Positions 17,707-27,372 of a DNA stretch of 64,000 bases are shown in pieces (positions within the stretch are counted from its first letter, which is position 1; every line of letters begins with the position of its first letter). The stretch lies in the IMG/VR virus record IMGVR_UViG_3300008107_000010; one strand, given 5' to 3'. The translations under genes and the position numbers were made by a program. Below the pieces are notes generated by a model. That model was not told the DNA's origin, made no database searches, and saw only the letters and a list, made by a program, of their open reading frames with translations. This DNA is from a virus (lineage: Duplodnaviria > Heunggongvirae > Uroviricota > Caudoviricetes).

Positions 17707-19152
17707 TTATTTCATTTTGAAACCTAGCTTACCATTACCTGGGTTGGTTGATGATACGTTCGGTGCTTCGAATGAAAGTTTTGCATTAGCATCGCTAAAT
17801 CCTTTTAAATAAAAATGAATCTGGTCTCTTTTAAGATCCACATCCATATATAATTGTTTAACATCTAATTTAGCAACGATGGTTCTTAGTGTGTTAATAT
17901 AAGTATCTCCAGCACCAAGTTTACCATTTAAAACATCAATAAGTTCTAAGCTTAATGAGTAACTAAATAAGCCAATATACTTTTTACCTTTATCTAGTTT
18001 GTCCCATTGAACTTTGTCAAATTTGTCAACTCCTCTACCAGAGGATTTAACCAATGGTTGAACGTAAGTTGTAAAGAATTCTTCTCTACCAAGCTCAGTC
18101 ATTTTAGCTTGTATAAAACTTTCTAGAGATTTTTCATCTAATGGAACATTTCCAATCAATCCCTTTAACACAGAAATTGATGGCGTATTCATAAATTCAG
18201 CGCCTTTAATATAACCATCGATTACTGAATTGTTTTCTATAATTTTAAATAAATCATACAACTGAACTTCTGAAGTTTCAGTAAAATTTTCAGCTTTTAG
18301 ATTTTTAATAATATTTGATAGGGTTGGGGCTGCTCCAGATTTATATTTTGAAGATATACCATATCCATCAATATAAAAATCTACTAGTGGATTATTTCCA
18401 GAAGGAAATGATATTCCATGTTGAGTTGTTACCATATTTAATAGTAATGCAGCTCCTAGAACTTCACCAAAATCTTTACCGATTGTGTTTAGATCTGTTA
18501 CACCAAGAGCATCAATTGCTTCTCTAACATTTTCATCATATCCGATAGTTTCAGAAAACGCTGAAATTGATAATGGATCTTTAAAATATGTTGAAGGTTT
18601 ATGCATTGATATTAAATCATAAAGTTCGATTAAAAAACTTTGCATAAAGAGATTAGAGCTATACTTACTGTTAATTGCGCTTTTAACACTGTTTGATAAA
18701 ACTGTAGAATTCATATCAGTGTCTTGTGGTAAATTAAGAGAAGTTGGAGTAAGTTCTTTAGATTTAATAGATCCTCTTGGTGGATTATTATCAACAAATT
18801 TAATAACATCTCCGATTGAAACTTTTAAATCTTTTACATCTTCACCGAATGTTACGATGAAAGTTGTAAATTTACCTGAATTAGAACCATTTGAATATTC
18901 TCCAGGTCCAGCAGTTACGATATCGAATTTTGATGCTCCTAATTTATTAAGAGCATCACTGATTGATTTTAGTGCGCTTTTAGAATCTCCACCTAAATCA
19001 AATCTTAAATCTTTTCCACCATTCTTTGTATTAATTCTACCGGGTCCTAATAATTTCTGCATTGCCGGAAGTACTGTTCCTTCAATCGATCTTGCTGCTT
19101 CATTTAATGCAAGTTGAAATCTTGCTCTAATATCTCCGTAAGTTTGTCCCAT
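17707..19152 (-). CDS. Hypothetical protein with possible PD-(D/E)xK nuclease-like domain
   Basis: DFGEVLG...NPLVDFYIDGYGISSKYK fits an E...D...(S)xK restriction-endonuclease-like pattern. Confidence 0.45.
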   Translation of the reverse strand: MGQTYGDIRARFQLALNEAARSIEGTVLPAMQKLLGPGRINTKNGGKDLRFDLGGDSKSALKSISDALNKLGASKFDIVTAGPGEYSNGSNSGKFTTFIVTFGEDVKDLKVSIGDVIKFVDNNPPRGSIKSKELTPTSLNLPQDTDMNSTVLSNSVKSAINSKYSSNLFMQSFLIELYDLISMHKPSTYFKDPLSISAFSETIGYDENVREAIDALGVTDLNTIGKDFGEVLGAALLLNMVTTQHGISFPSGNNPLVDFYIDGYGISSKYKSGAAPTLSNIIKNLKAENFTETSEVQLYDLFKIIENNSVIDGYIKGAEFMNTPSISVLKGLIGNVPLDEKSLESFIQAKMTELGREEFFTTYVQPLVKSSGRGVDKFDKVQWDKLDKGKKYIGLFSYSLSLELIDVLNGKLGAGDTYINTLRTIVAKLDVKQLYMDVDLKRDQIHFYLKGFSDANAKLSFEAPNVSSTNPGNGKLGFKMK

Positions 19153-21008
19153 TATATCTTATTTATAAATTGTTCAAATGTTAAAATATCTTCTTCAACT
19201 TGAATAGATTCCATAGCTGCAAAAGAAGCATCTAATTTCTCTTTTAAATCATTAAACATTCCGTGTAGAGAACGTGGAGTCATTTTATTAAACTCTTTTA
19301 CATTACCATCGCTAAGTGCTTGTCTAACTTTGGTAGCTGAAATATCATCGTCTCCTCTTTGGATTTCATATAAGCCAAATTCAGGAAGTACTCCAAGTTC
19401 TTGACGATATTTATCATTGTTAACCATATATCCATAAGCTTTCATACGGTCAGTTCCAGTGCCCCATAAAACAGGCTCATAATTAGGTCTAAGTTCATTA
19501 AACATAACATCGATTGCAGCAGAAGGAACAACAATAACTTCTTTTAAGAATCTGTATTCGCTCTGTACATTATTAAACATTTGAATTTGAGTTTCTACAT
19601 CATAAGGTCTTTTAATAGCATCCTCTTTCTTAGCAGTTTTTGCCTTAACTAAGAATACAATAACTGGATATCCATTTTGCTTATTAAGTGTTTCTAATAC
19701 TTTAACGTGACCTAGTGTAAATGGTTGAAATCTACCAACAAAAATATTTACTTTTTCGCGACCTTGTTCTGGATAATCGATCTTTAATGCTTCAGTAATT
19801 TTTTGGCTATTTGCAACTTTATGATGCATTATAAAATTATGAAAGTCGAATACTGCATTTTCTTCAGTTGGTTCAACATAGATCTTTTGTTCAATTTTAT
19901 CCACGATTTCATTAATTTGATTTAAAACCAACCCTGAAATAATAGTTGATTCCTTGGTTCTTTTCTTTCTAAAACTACCTAAAACTATTTTATACAATTC
20001 AGCAAGAACTGGATTTGAAATATAATCTAGCGTAGTTTCATTTTTAATATATGTTGTATTCAACTTAAATGACTCAATTGTTGCAAAATTAGCAGAATCA
20101 AAATTAGCACCAACATATTTAAATGCATTCTTAGAAAGATATTGATTGTAAATTGCTGAAGTTAACTCAATATATCGTAAATCCGGGTTTGTTTCGGTTA
20201 ATTCAATTTCGTCTAAATTAAAACTATTCATATATTCTAATAAATCAACGATGGTGATCTGGTACATATGAGAAGACTCTCTATCGTCATTTGATTCATT
20301 AAGTCTATCGAATGATTCTAATTTATAGGATTTTACTTTAGTTCCATCAATAAAAGAAACTATTAAACCATCAATTTCTTTATCTAAATTTTCATTTAAT
20401 GTACTTTTAGTTAAAGATTGATTAAAAATATGATACGCTTCTCTTGTAAACGTATCTTTATTATATCGCTTATTAAATTCGCCTTCATTCATTGAAAGTA
20501 ATTTAATTAAACGATCTTTTTGTTCTGTGTGTAATATACCTTCAAAAATAACGGGTGGCTTTTGTACACCAAACATTCCTGCCCATTTATTAAGAATAGC
20601 AGTATCATTAATAACTTTTCTAGGTTTTCTATTCTCACCTAAAACTTGAATGTGTGTTAATATTAAATAGTTTGTGGGTAAAGTATCATATTGATATGGA
20701 GAAGCTTCGACATCTGGAAGATATTCAAATCCAAATTTCCAATCAATTGGCATATTTTGCTTAACTTCAGGTGAAATTGATTGAAAATATTTAATGGCAG
20801 TTTCATATAAAGAAACCATGGTTCTATCGATTGGAGAAAGCTCTTCACTTGATCCGTTTTTATAGAACTCAAATCCATTTAAACTTCTTCTAACATATAA
20901 AGAAGGGGCTGCGATCTTTTCAGAGACAACAATTTTATCATTCAACATTGAGTTGAATTCATTAATATTTACCGATTGGTATAGATCTCTTAATTTTTGT
21001 AATGCCAT
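19152..21008 (-). CDS. Fusion of a degenerate RNA-ligase-like domain and a HIGH-type nucleotidyltransferase
   Basis: C-half IFVGRFQPFTLGH...ISATKVR (cytidylyltransferase-like); N-half SEKIAA, FGFEY, PPVIFEG, IDGLIV resembles ligase motifs with KxDG altered. Confidence 0.65.
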   Translation of the reverse strand: MALQKLRDLYQSVNINEFNSMLNDKIVVSEKIAAPSLYVRRSLNGFEFYKNGSSEELSPIDRTMVSLYETAIKYFQSISPEVKQNMPIDWKFGFEYLPDVEASPYQYDTLPTNYLILTHIQVLGENRKPRKVINDTAILNKWAGMFGVQKPPVIFEGILHTEQKDRLIKLLSMNEGEFNKRYNKDTFTREAYHIFNQSLTKSTLNENLDKEIDGLIVSFIDGTKVKSYKLESFDRLNESNDDRESSHMYQITIVDLLEYMNSFNLDEIELTETNPDLRYIELTSAIYNQYLSKNAFKYVGANFDSANFATIESFKLNTTYIKNETTLDYISNPVLAELYKIVLGSFRKKRTKESTIISGLVLNQINEIVDKIEQKIYVEPTEENAVFDFHNFIMHHKVANSQKITEALKIDYPEQGREKVNIFVGRFQPFTLGHVKVLETLNKQNGYPVIVFLVKAKTAKKEDAIKRPYDVETQIQMFNNVQSEYRFLKEVIVVPSAAIDVMFNELRPNYEPVLWGTGTDRMKAYGYMVNNDKYRQELGVLPEFGLYEIQRGDDDISATKVRQALSDGNVKEFNKMTPRSLHGMFNDLKEKLDASFAAMESIQVEEDILTFEQFINKI

Positions 21009-21009
21009 T

Positions 21010-22290
21010 TTATCTTCCGTATTTAATAATACCCATTAGCTGATTTATTGCAGCAAATGTACCAGTTAATTTATATAGTTTTCCTTTATATTTAAATACC
21101 AAACCTTCTGATGGAACAATTGATTCGATGCCTCCAATTCTTTCTAAACGAGCTAATTCAGCTTCTACTTTAGAAATTTGAGAAAGGTCACCATTTTTTT
21201 TAATTTTATCAGCTTCAGTTTTAATTTGATTATGAAGTCTCTGCATTTCTTGGTCTGGATTTGCCGCTAATAAGTTTGAAACGTTCTTTAAAACAACAGA
21301 TCCTAATTCAAGGAAAATGTTTTCAAACGGCATGATGTTCTCTTTATACTTCTTTTTAGCATCAGTTTTTTCGAACTCTTGTAGTTTTTTATATTCACTA
21401 GCTCCAATTTGTTTACTAACATCGCGCATATTGAGAGTTTTCTTGTCATCAAATGCCCAACGTTTAACCAAACCTTCTTTAGTAATGTCATCTAAAGTTG
21501 GAAATGTTGAAGCAATTAATTCTCTCCACCACATTTCATGATACTTAGAAACCTCATCAGTATCTGCCAAACTATATCTTTTTTGAAGATCTTCAATTTG
21601 CTTCATGAAATAAGACTTTTTCTCTTCAAAATTAACATTTTTACCAATTTGCAAATCTTGCGGAGGAATAATTTGAAATGTTTTTTGAACATCTGCTGTA
21701 ACTTTATTAAGAGCTGCTTGAACTTTTCTAGCAACACTAGAATCAGATCCAATTTGATTACCATTACCATCAGTATGGACAATTCCATGGAATTGAATTA
21801 CATCGCGATCATAATTAATTACATTTGAGTTACCTGAATAAATTAACTCCATATTCATAAATGAAGTTCCATTATTAAAGTCCTCTAAATCAGCACCCTT
21901 TAATGAACCAAGTGCACTTGCTAGGTCTGATGCGGCATAAGTGAATGTATCTCTTACTCCAGCTGAAGGGTGATCCTTAAACATATCTGTGATTCCCTTT
22001 AAATCAATTGGATTCGCCATTTGACCTTTATTTCTAGCAAACAAAACTCTACCATCTTTTACCGTAACGAATAGATTCTGTCCATCTGTTTTTTCAGTCG
22101 GTGCCTCTTCAAAACTTAAATTACCTTGAAGCGCAGAATCAACTAAATGGCGTAAATCGCCAAATGTTAAATCATGATCGTCAAAAGGATGCATCATATG
22201 CCCGGCTGCACCACCTTCCATTACTAATTCTGGATATTTGCTATTCCATTGTTCTAGTAAAAAGCTGTTAAATGTATGTAGTTTTTTCAT
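21010..22290 (-). CDS. RNA-ligase/ATP-grasp-like protein (DUF6267-like)
   Basis: EGGAAGHMMHPFD, TEKTDGQNLF (KxDG), NMELIY, EGLVF, YKLTG.F; N-terminal MKKLHTFNSFLLE. Confidence 0.65.
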   Translation of the reverse strand: MKKLHTFNSFLLEQWNSKYPELVMEGGAAGHMMHPFDDHDLTFGDLRHLVDSALQGNLSFEEAPTEKTDGQNLFVTVKDGRVLFARNKGQMANPIDLKGITDMFKDHPSAGVRDTFTYAASDLASALGSLKGADLEDFNNGTSFMNMELIYSGNSNVINYDRDVIQFHGIVHTDGNGNQIGSDSSVARKVQAALNKVTADVQKTFQIIPPQDLQIGKNVNFEEKKSYFMKQIEDLQKRYSLADTDEVSKYHEMWWRELIASTFPTLDDITKEGLVKRWAFDDKKTLNMRDVSKQIGASEYKKLQEFEKTDAKKKYKENIMPFENIFLELGSVVLKNVSNLLAANPDQEMQRLHNQIKTEADKIKKNGDLSQISKVEAELARLERIGGIESIVPSEGLVFKYKGKLYKLTGTFAAINQLMGIIKYGR

Positions 22291-22294
22291 AATC

Positions 22295-22326
22295 AAAAAA
22301 GACCTGAGTGTTCTATACTCAGGTCT
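22295..22326 (-). terminator. Intrinsic terminator after the 930-aa gene
   Basis: Perfect 10-bp stem AGACCTGAGT-N7-ACTCAGGTCT followed by TTTTT. Confidence 0.8.
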
Positions 22327-22344
22327 AATATTTATCTTTTTAAA

Positions 22345-25137
22345 TTATACCATTTCCTGATTAATCATTGCGTGGCAAACGTTTACTGAGATCCATTTAG
22401 CTTTATCAAAAAATTCTTTTGCTAATTTTTTAATTTTAGGCTCTTGGTTAGAAGGTAATTTATTCTCTTCGTCAGCGGCTTCTTCATCCCATGATTTAAC
22501 TGCAATTTTCCAAATTGTATCAAAATCACGACTTTTTTCATAATATTTTGAATTTCCTTGTCTGTCTATATGATCGTGATAATCTGCCCAATACTTTACA
22601 TCGATTCCTTCATTAGAAACTGATTCTCCAAGAGAACTTGTTAGAGTTCCAACGCATGCACCATAATCATCTCCACATTTCTTAAGAATACCATCTACAA
22701 CTTCTTGAGCTTTTTCAGCATCAAATTCTTCACCAAATGCTTTTTGTAAAACATTAAATGCGTATTCTTTAAATTCATCATCTGTTTGAATTTCTTCTTC
22801 AGAAATCAATGATTCATTTTTGCTAAACTTTTTAATGGCTTTATCCATTTCGTCATCAGTCATAACATGAACCATTCCGCCTACTTTTTTAGATACTTTA
22901 GTCGCTGACATAATATCATCGTATTTCATAGCATCAGCTGGATTTGTAGAAAAATCGCTACCAGTGTACCATTTATTACCACTTAAAACATGCCAATGTT
23001 TACCTTCAGTAACAACTGATTCAGCAGCCATACCATAACAGTCTGTAAATTCATCAATATCTAAACCGTAATGGTCAACAACTTCCATGATTTCATCTGG
23101 AAAATCCATTTCGTCATTTCTCATTGATTTTCTAAGACCAGTTACTTTATCATAATTATCATATACGAATGAAGCAACATCCATACATTCTGGATTATCT
23201 CCTAATTGAGAAATAATCCAATCTAAACCTTTAGCTTTTGCTTCATTAACTTCTGCTGATTCTTTAATACCAAGCTCTTTTAAAGATTTAACTTGCTCGC
23301 CTTTATCTTCTCCAGTTTCTTCGTCAGCATACCATAAAAGTCCTGCTTTAATTAATCTTCCATAGATTTCAGATGCAACTAACTCAAATGGAAAAGAGTC
23401 TGATGAATTTTCCCATGTTGTAGCTACGTAATCTGGATCAATCCAACCGATACCTCTTTTAATAGATTTCTCCATATCGGCATAGTCCATTTCAAATTGC
23501 TTTACAGCACCTTCATTAACTTCTAAAGATTCGTTTTTCTTTACATAATCTTGAAGATCTTTTACTTCGTCTTTTAATTCTTTTGGTATATTATTTGTGA
23601 ATGTATTCCAATTAAAACTTGCTTTAACAATCATAAACAAAGGTAAGCCAGAATTTCTTTTACCGAATTCAGATCTTTCAATCCAATCTAAATAATATTC
23701 AGCTAGTTCTTTTGACATTTTAATACCTTCGGCTCTTGAAGTATTTCCTTTAATAATATCGTTAAGTAATCTCTTAGCCATGCCATGTGAACCTTCGTTG
23801 ACTTCAACTGATTCCATTTTAGCATTTGCAATTACTTCTGCGATAGTTTCTAATAAATCTTCAGTTTTCTTTCTAACTGAAAGCAAATCCATGTCGACTA
23901 ATTTATTAAGAACTTTATGTGCAATAATTCTGCCACCTTTAATAGAAACTACTCCTTCAGTAATTTTAGATTCTTCTACTTTATAAGTTTTACCTTGAAA
24001 TTCGAATTCGTCTTTACCTTCTTCTTTTGCCTTTCTAACCGCATCTCCAAAAGCATTTCCCTCTTCAAGTTCCTCGGCTTCTTCTACTTTATAAGTTTTA
24101 CCTTGAAATTCGAATTCGTCTTTACCTTCTTCTTTTGCCTTTCTAACCGCATCTCCAAAAGCATTTCCTTCTTGAACTTCTTCATCATCTTCATTAACGG
24201 TCTTAGCACCATGTACTTTGTATGTTTTTCCGTTAAATTCAAAAGTTTTTTGACCTTTATTTCTTGCGGCAAAAAGAGCTCCAGTAAATGCATTTCCTTC
24301 AGAAACTGCTAATTCAAGATCTTTATCTTTACCAGCAACTGCATCGTTTAATTCAGCTTCTAAAGCTTTTTTCTTAGCAGTCATTGCTTTTAATTCATCT
24401 AATAAAGCTGCTTTAGCATCGCCTTCGGCTGCTTTCCATTCTTGAGCTTTAGCTGCCATTTCAGCAGTAATTTTGCTCCAATCATTTTGAATTTTATTAA
24501 TTGAACGAGCTTCAAAAATATATGCTTCTTCGATGAATTCTTCTAGACCACTATCTTTTCCCCAGAAATCTTGAATCATTTTTTCAAGATCCTTCTTTTT
24601 ACCAACATATTCAACTTCTGGATAGTTGGCTGCAGGACCATTCATATTTACGATTTTCCACTTAATACCCTTTTTCTTACAAAAATCAACTAGACCTTTT
24701 TCATTAGGCTCAATAGCATCTAGAGTAACTGTAGCTTCATATAAATCTGCTTGAACTTCTTCAGCATCATCAGCATCTTCTTTTTCAGGCTCTCCTAAAT
24801 CTTTGATTTTACCTTCGATTTCTTCAGCGCGGTCTTCTTCAACTTTTTTAAGAACATCTTCAACTGCATCTTTTTCTTTACCCATCGCCATAATTTCTTT
24901 TTCGATTTCTTCAGCGCGGTCTTCATTAAAAATTTTTGCAACTAGTGCTCTTTTCTTTTCTTCGTCAAGTTCTGACATGTCTGAAATTTCTAACTCATCT
25001 AAGATAGCTGAAATTTTCTCAAGAGATTTAACTCTTTTACTTTTATTATCTTGTTCAGTCTTTACAGCATCCTGCTGTTTTTTCATTTCTGAAAAAGATT
25101 TAAATGATGAAATTCTGTTTAGTTCCATTTTATTCAT
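22345..25137 (-). CDS. Large acidic, repeat-containing probable head polyprotein
   Basis: 930 aa, very E/K-rich, about 20 x-x-E-(A/G/S) sites, internal repeats, late-type promoter motif upstream. Confidence 0.6.
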   Translation of the reverse strand: MNKMELNRISSFKSFSEMKKQQDAVKTEQDNKSKRVKSLEKISAILDELEISDMSELDEEKKRALVAKIFNEDRAEEIEKEIMAMGKEKDAVEDVLKKVEEDRAEEIEGKIKDLGEPEKEDADDAEEVQADLYEATVTLDAIEPNEKGLVDFCKKKGIKWKIVNMNGPAANYPEVEYVGKKKDLEKMIQDFWGKDSGLEEFIEEAYIFEARSINKIQNDWSKITAEMAAKAQEWKAAEGDAKAALLDELKAMTAKKKALEAELNDAVAGKDKDLELAVSEGNAFTGALFAARNKGQKTFEFNGKTYKVHGAKTVNEDDEEVQEGNAFGDAVRKAKEEGKDEFEFQGKTYKVEEAEELEEGNAFGDAVRKAKEEGKDEFEFQGKTYKVEESKITEGVVSIKGGRIIAHKVLNKLVDMDLLSVRKKTEDLLETIAEVIANAKMESVEVNEGSHGMAKRLLNDIIKGNTSRAEGIKMSKELAEYYLDWIERSEFGKRNSGLPLFMIVKASFNWNTFTNNIPKELKDEVKDLQDYVKKNESLEVNEGAVKQFEMDYADMEKSIKRGIGWIDPDYVATTWENSSDSFPFELVASEIYGRLIKAGLLWYADEETGEDKGEQVKSLKELGIKESAEVNEAKAKGLDWIISQLGDNPECMDVASFVYDNYDKVTGLRKSMRNDEMDFPDEIMEVVDHYGLDIDEFTDCYGMAAESVVTEGKHWHVLSGNKWYTGSDFSTNPADAMKYDDIMSATKVSKKVGGMVHVMTDDEMDKAIKKFSKNESLISEEEIQTDDEFKEYAFNVLQKAFGEEFDAEKAQEVVDGILKKCGDDYGACVGTLTSSLGESVSNEGIDVKYWADYHDHIDRQGNSKYYEKSRDFDTIWKIAVKSWDEEAADEENKLPSNQEPKIKKLAKEFFDKAKWISVNVCHAMINQEMV
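23971..24168. repeat. Exact 90-nt direct repeat, two copies, period 108 nt, in frame
   Basis: 23971-24060 equals 24079-24168; encodes GNAFGDAVRKAKEEGKDEFEFQGKTYKVEE. Confidence 0.95.
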
Positions 25138-25186
25138 ATTTTTTTAATCTTATCTTATATATTCATTTGAATTTACTAAAGTTTAC

Positions 25187-26695
25187 TTATGCCGAACCGT
25201 CAAATGTAACCTTCTTAACGTCGAATTTAAATTTTTCTTGATTATAGATTCTTTGTCGTTCTTGTCCATGCCTATAAAGATAGCAATCCCAATCAGCCGT
25301 TGACAAATTATCAACAAAATCTACAATTATTACTTCTTTTTTTGACTCGTGCTGTCTAAGTCCTCGACCAATTGATTGTCTAATGATAACTTCTGATTTA
25401 AATGATTCCGTGAAGAAGACGCTGTGAATCTTTTTAATCGAGATTCCCGTTGAAAAAGTTCCGTAAGATGCAACAATGACAACTTCGTCCCCGTGTTCCA
25501 TCTTCTTTTTATACTCTTCTCTAATATCTGAATCTGTTCCACCGTCAACATAGAAAACCTTTTTTTGACTTCTTTGGCGTAATGCATCGTATAACCTTTT
25601 ACCATGCTCGATTCGGTGAAAAAGAACCAAAGAATTCCTTGGTACTCTGGAAATAACGTTGACAATGAAGTCAAGACGTGCATCATTGTTGATGATGTAG
25701 TTTTGCTCGAGTTGGAAGACATCTTTATTTTCGTATCTGTTCTGAGCAAGTTCTTGGAAAGCTTTCTTTGTTGCTTCTGGTGCATAATCCATTTCTATTA
25801 CTTTTACACGACACTGTGCAATGTGGCCTTCTTGCTGTAAATATGCTGCTTTTACTTCAGTAATTACAGGACCTGTTTGAGACATCAGTGTTAGCTTATC
25901 TATTGATCCATCCTTTGGAATTGTTCCGGATAGACCAAATCGATAGTGTGCATTTCTGCATTTTGCTAAAATATCTTTAATTGATTGTGATTTGGCTTTG
26001 TGTGTTTCATCGACGATTACACAATCAAATTCATCGAAGTATTCTTTCTCTTTTTTAATTAGGGATTGATATGTACCAATAACCACATTTGCATTCGGTT
26101 TAACCTTTTGACCAGAGTAGATTTGTTGAATTCTAATCTTAACTTGGTTTTTCCAATTATAGTCAATAAAGTCCTCACTTGCCTGAACGACAAGAGAAAC
26201 ATTTGGTACGATAAAAAGAATTTTTTGTGCTTTTTGTTTTTCTAGCATATAGGCAACTGTCATAAAGGAAATCATTGTCTTTCCAGCTGATGTTGCTAAT
26301 TCTGCTAAGCATCTTTTAAATTTAAGAATATTAAAAGCTGCATCAATTTGATAATCATGCGGTGTTAATTTATAGCCATTGAAAAAATCATATGCCCATT
26401 TTTCAAATCCTTCTGCTGTGATATTTCGATCAAATATGCGAGTAATTCCATTAATTTTTAAATCAAAGTTGTATTCTTTGCAAACCTCCATGACATATTT
26501 CCATAGACCTGCAGGAATCCATTTATTATCTTTAATGTATGAAATGTACCCGTCCCAAACACCCCTTTTGACTAGAGGATTAAACCTCCAGCCATCAATT
26601 CGCTTGGTGAGACTTAAATTTAATTGTTCGAGTTCAAGTTCATCAGCTTCATCAATTCGTAAAAACCTATTATCATCTGTTAGTGTAATTACCAA
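25187..26695 (-). CDS. uvsW: UvsW-like SF2 DNA helicase
   Basis: PHDYQ, LATSAGKT, IVPNVSLV.Q, VDETH, GLSGT, YGTFSTGISIK, QSIGRGLR. Confidence 0.95.
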   Translation of the reverse strand: MVITLTDDNRFLRIDEADELELEQLNLSLTKRIDGWRFNPLVKRGVWDGYISYIKDNKWIPAGLWKYVMEVCKEYNFDLKINGITRIFDRNITAEGFEKWAYDFFNGYKLTPHDYQIDAAFNILKFKRCLAELATSAGKTMISFMTVAYMLEKQKAQKILFIVPNVSLVVQASEDFIDYNWKNQVKIRIQQIYSGQKVKPNANVVIGTYQSLIKKEKEYFDEFDCVIVDETHKAKSQSIKDILAKCRNAHYRFGLSGTIPKDGSIDKLTLMSQTGPVITEVKAAYLQQEGHIAQCRVKVIEMDYAPEATKKAFQELAQNRYENKDVFQLEQNYIINNDARLDFIVNVISRVPRNSLVLFHRIEHGKRLYDALRQRSQKKVFYVDGGTDSDIREEYKKKMEHGDEVVIVASYGTFSTGISIKKIHSVFFTESFKSEVIIRQSIGRGLRQHESKKEVIIVDFVDNLSTADWDCYLYRHGQERQRIYNQEKFKFDVKKVTFDGSA

Positions 26696-26712
26696 AACTC
26701 ATCTTTGTATTT

Positions 26713-27147
26713 TTAAAGTTGCTTCATATCAATTCGATTCTTAATTGCAAATCCAATATTATCAAGCGTTTTAACAGAATTTGTAAAGAAATCTTTTTGA
26801 TTCTCTAACAATTCTAGTATTTGATAGTCCTCAGATAAATCAGCCTCAATAAATCTTACGCGCTGTCCATCTGAAAGTTTATAATCATAGTTGTAATAAC
26901 CAATCCAAGCGGTCTTATATTCTCTATCTAGTTTTGCTTTTTGTGCTCTGATCTTAGAGCTAATAGATGCCATCATATCAACTAAAATTTGTCGATAGCT
27001 AAGAGTATATGAAGATGTTTCGGGAAGATTAACTCCAGCCTTTAATTCATCTGCAACTTCTCTGATTTTCTTAGTCCATTCAGCTCTTTGAGCTGCTAAA
27101 TACTCATCTAGTTGCTGTATTTTATTTGGTTTAGTTTCAACTTCCAT
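26713..27147 (-). CDS. uvsY: UvsY-like recombination mediator
   Basis: 144 aa helical protein immediately upstream of uvsW (T4 synteny); YY..DYKL...FIEAD and FAIKNRID patterns. Confidence 0.6.
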   Translation of the reverse strand: MEVETKPNKIQQLDEYLAAQRAEWTKKIREVADELKAGVNLPETSSYTLSYRQILVDMMASISSKIRAQKAKLDREYKTAWIGYYNYDYKLSDGQRVRFIEADLSEDYQILELLENQKDFFTNSVKTLDNIGFAIKNRIDMKQL

Positions 27148-27158
27148 TATTAATTATT

Positions 27159-27356
27159 TTAAAATAAGCTATTGCTGTTTTTATCGGGTTTTATATAAAT
27201 ACTGGTTTTCACCTTTTGTTTAAATTTAGGTTTAATTTCAGTACTTATTTTAGTTCCTTCATATTCATATTTTGATGCCTCAAAATCAACAAGAGTTTTT
27301 AAACCCTTAAACTGATCTTTTTGTCTTTCAAAATCTTCAAATTCGTTATCGATCAT
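27159..27356 (-). CDS. Small hypothetical protein ending in SLF
   Basis: Likely start MIDNEF at 27356 (the track start 27389 overlaps the primase); ends NSNSLF. Confidence 0.6.
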   Translation of the reverse strand: MIDNEFEDFERQKDQFKGLKTLVDFEASKYEYEGTKISTEIKPKFKQKVKTSIYIKPDKNSNSLF

Positions 27357-27372
27357 TTCGATAAAGCTATTT

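Noticed and set aside
19152-21008. The cytidylyltransferase-like domain as the missing inositol-phosphate activating enzyme
   Set aside because: Known inositol-1-phosphate cytidylyltransferases have a GT-A-like NTP-transferase fold, not HxGH. The gene is 5 kb away in a late, virion-type unit. Not excluded, but unsupported.
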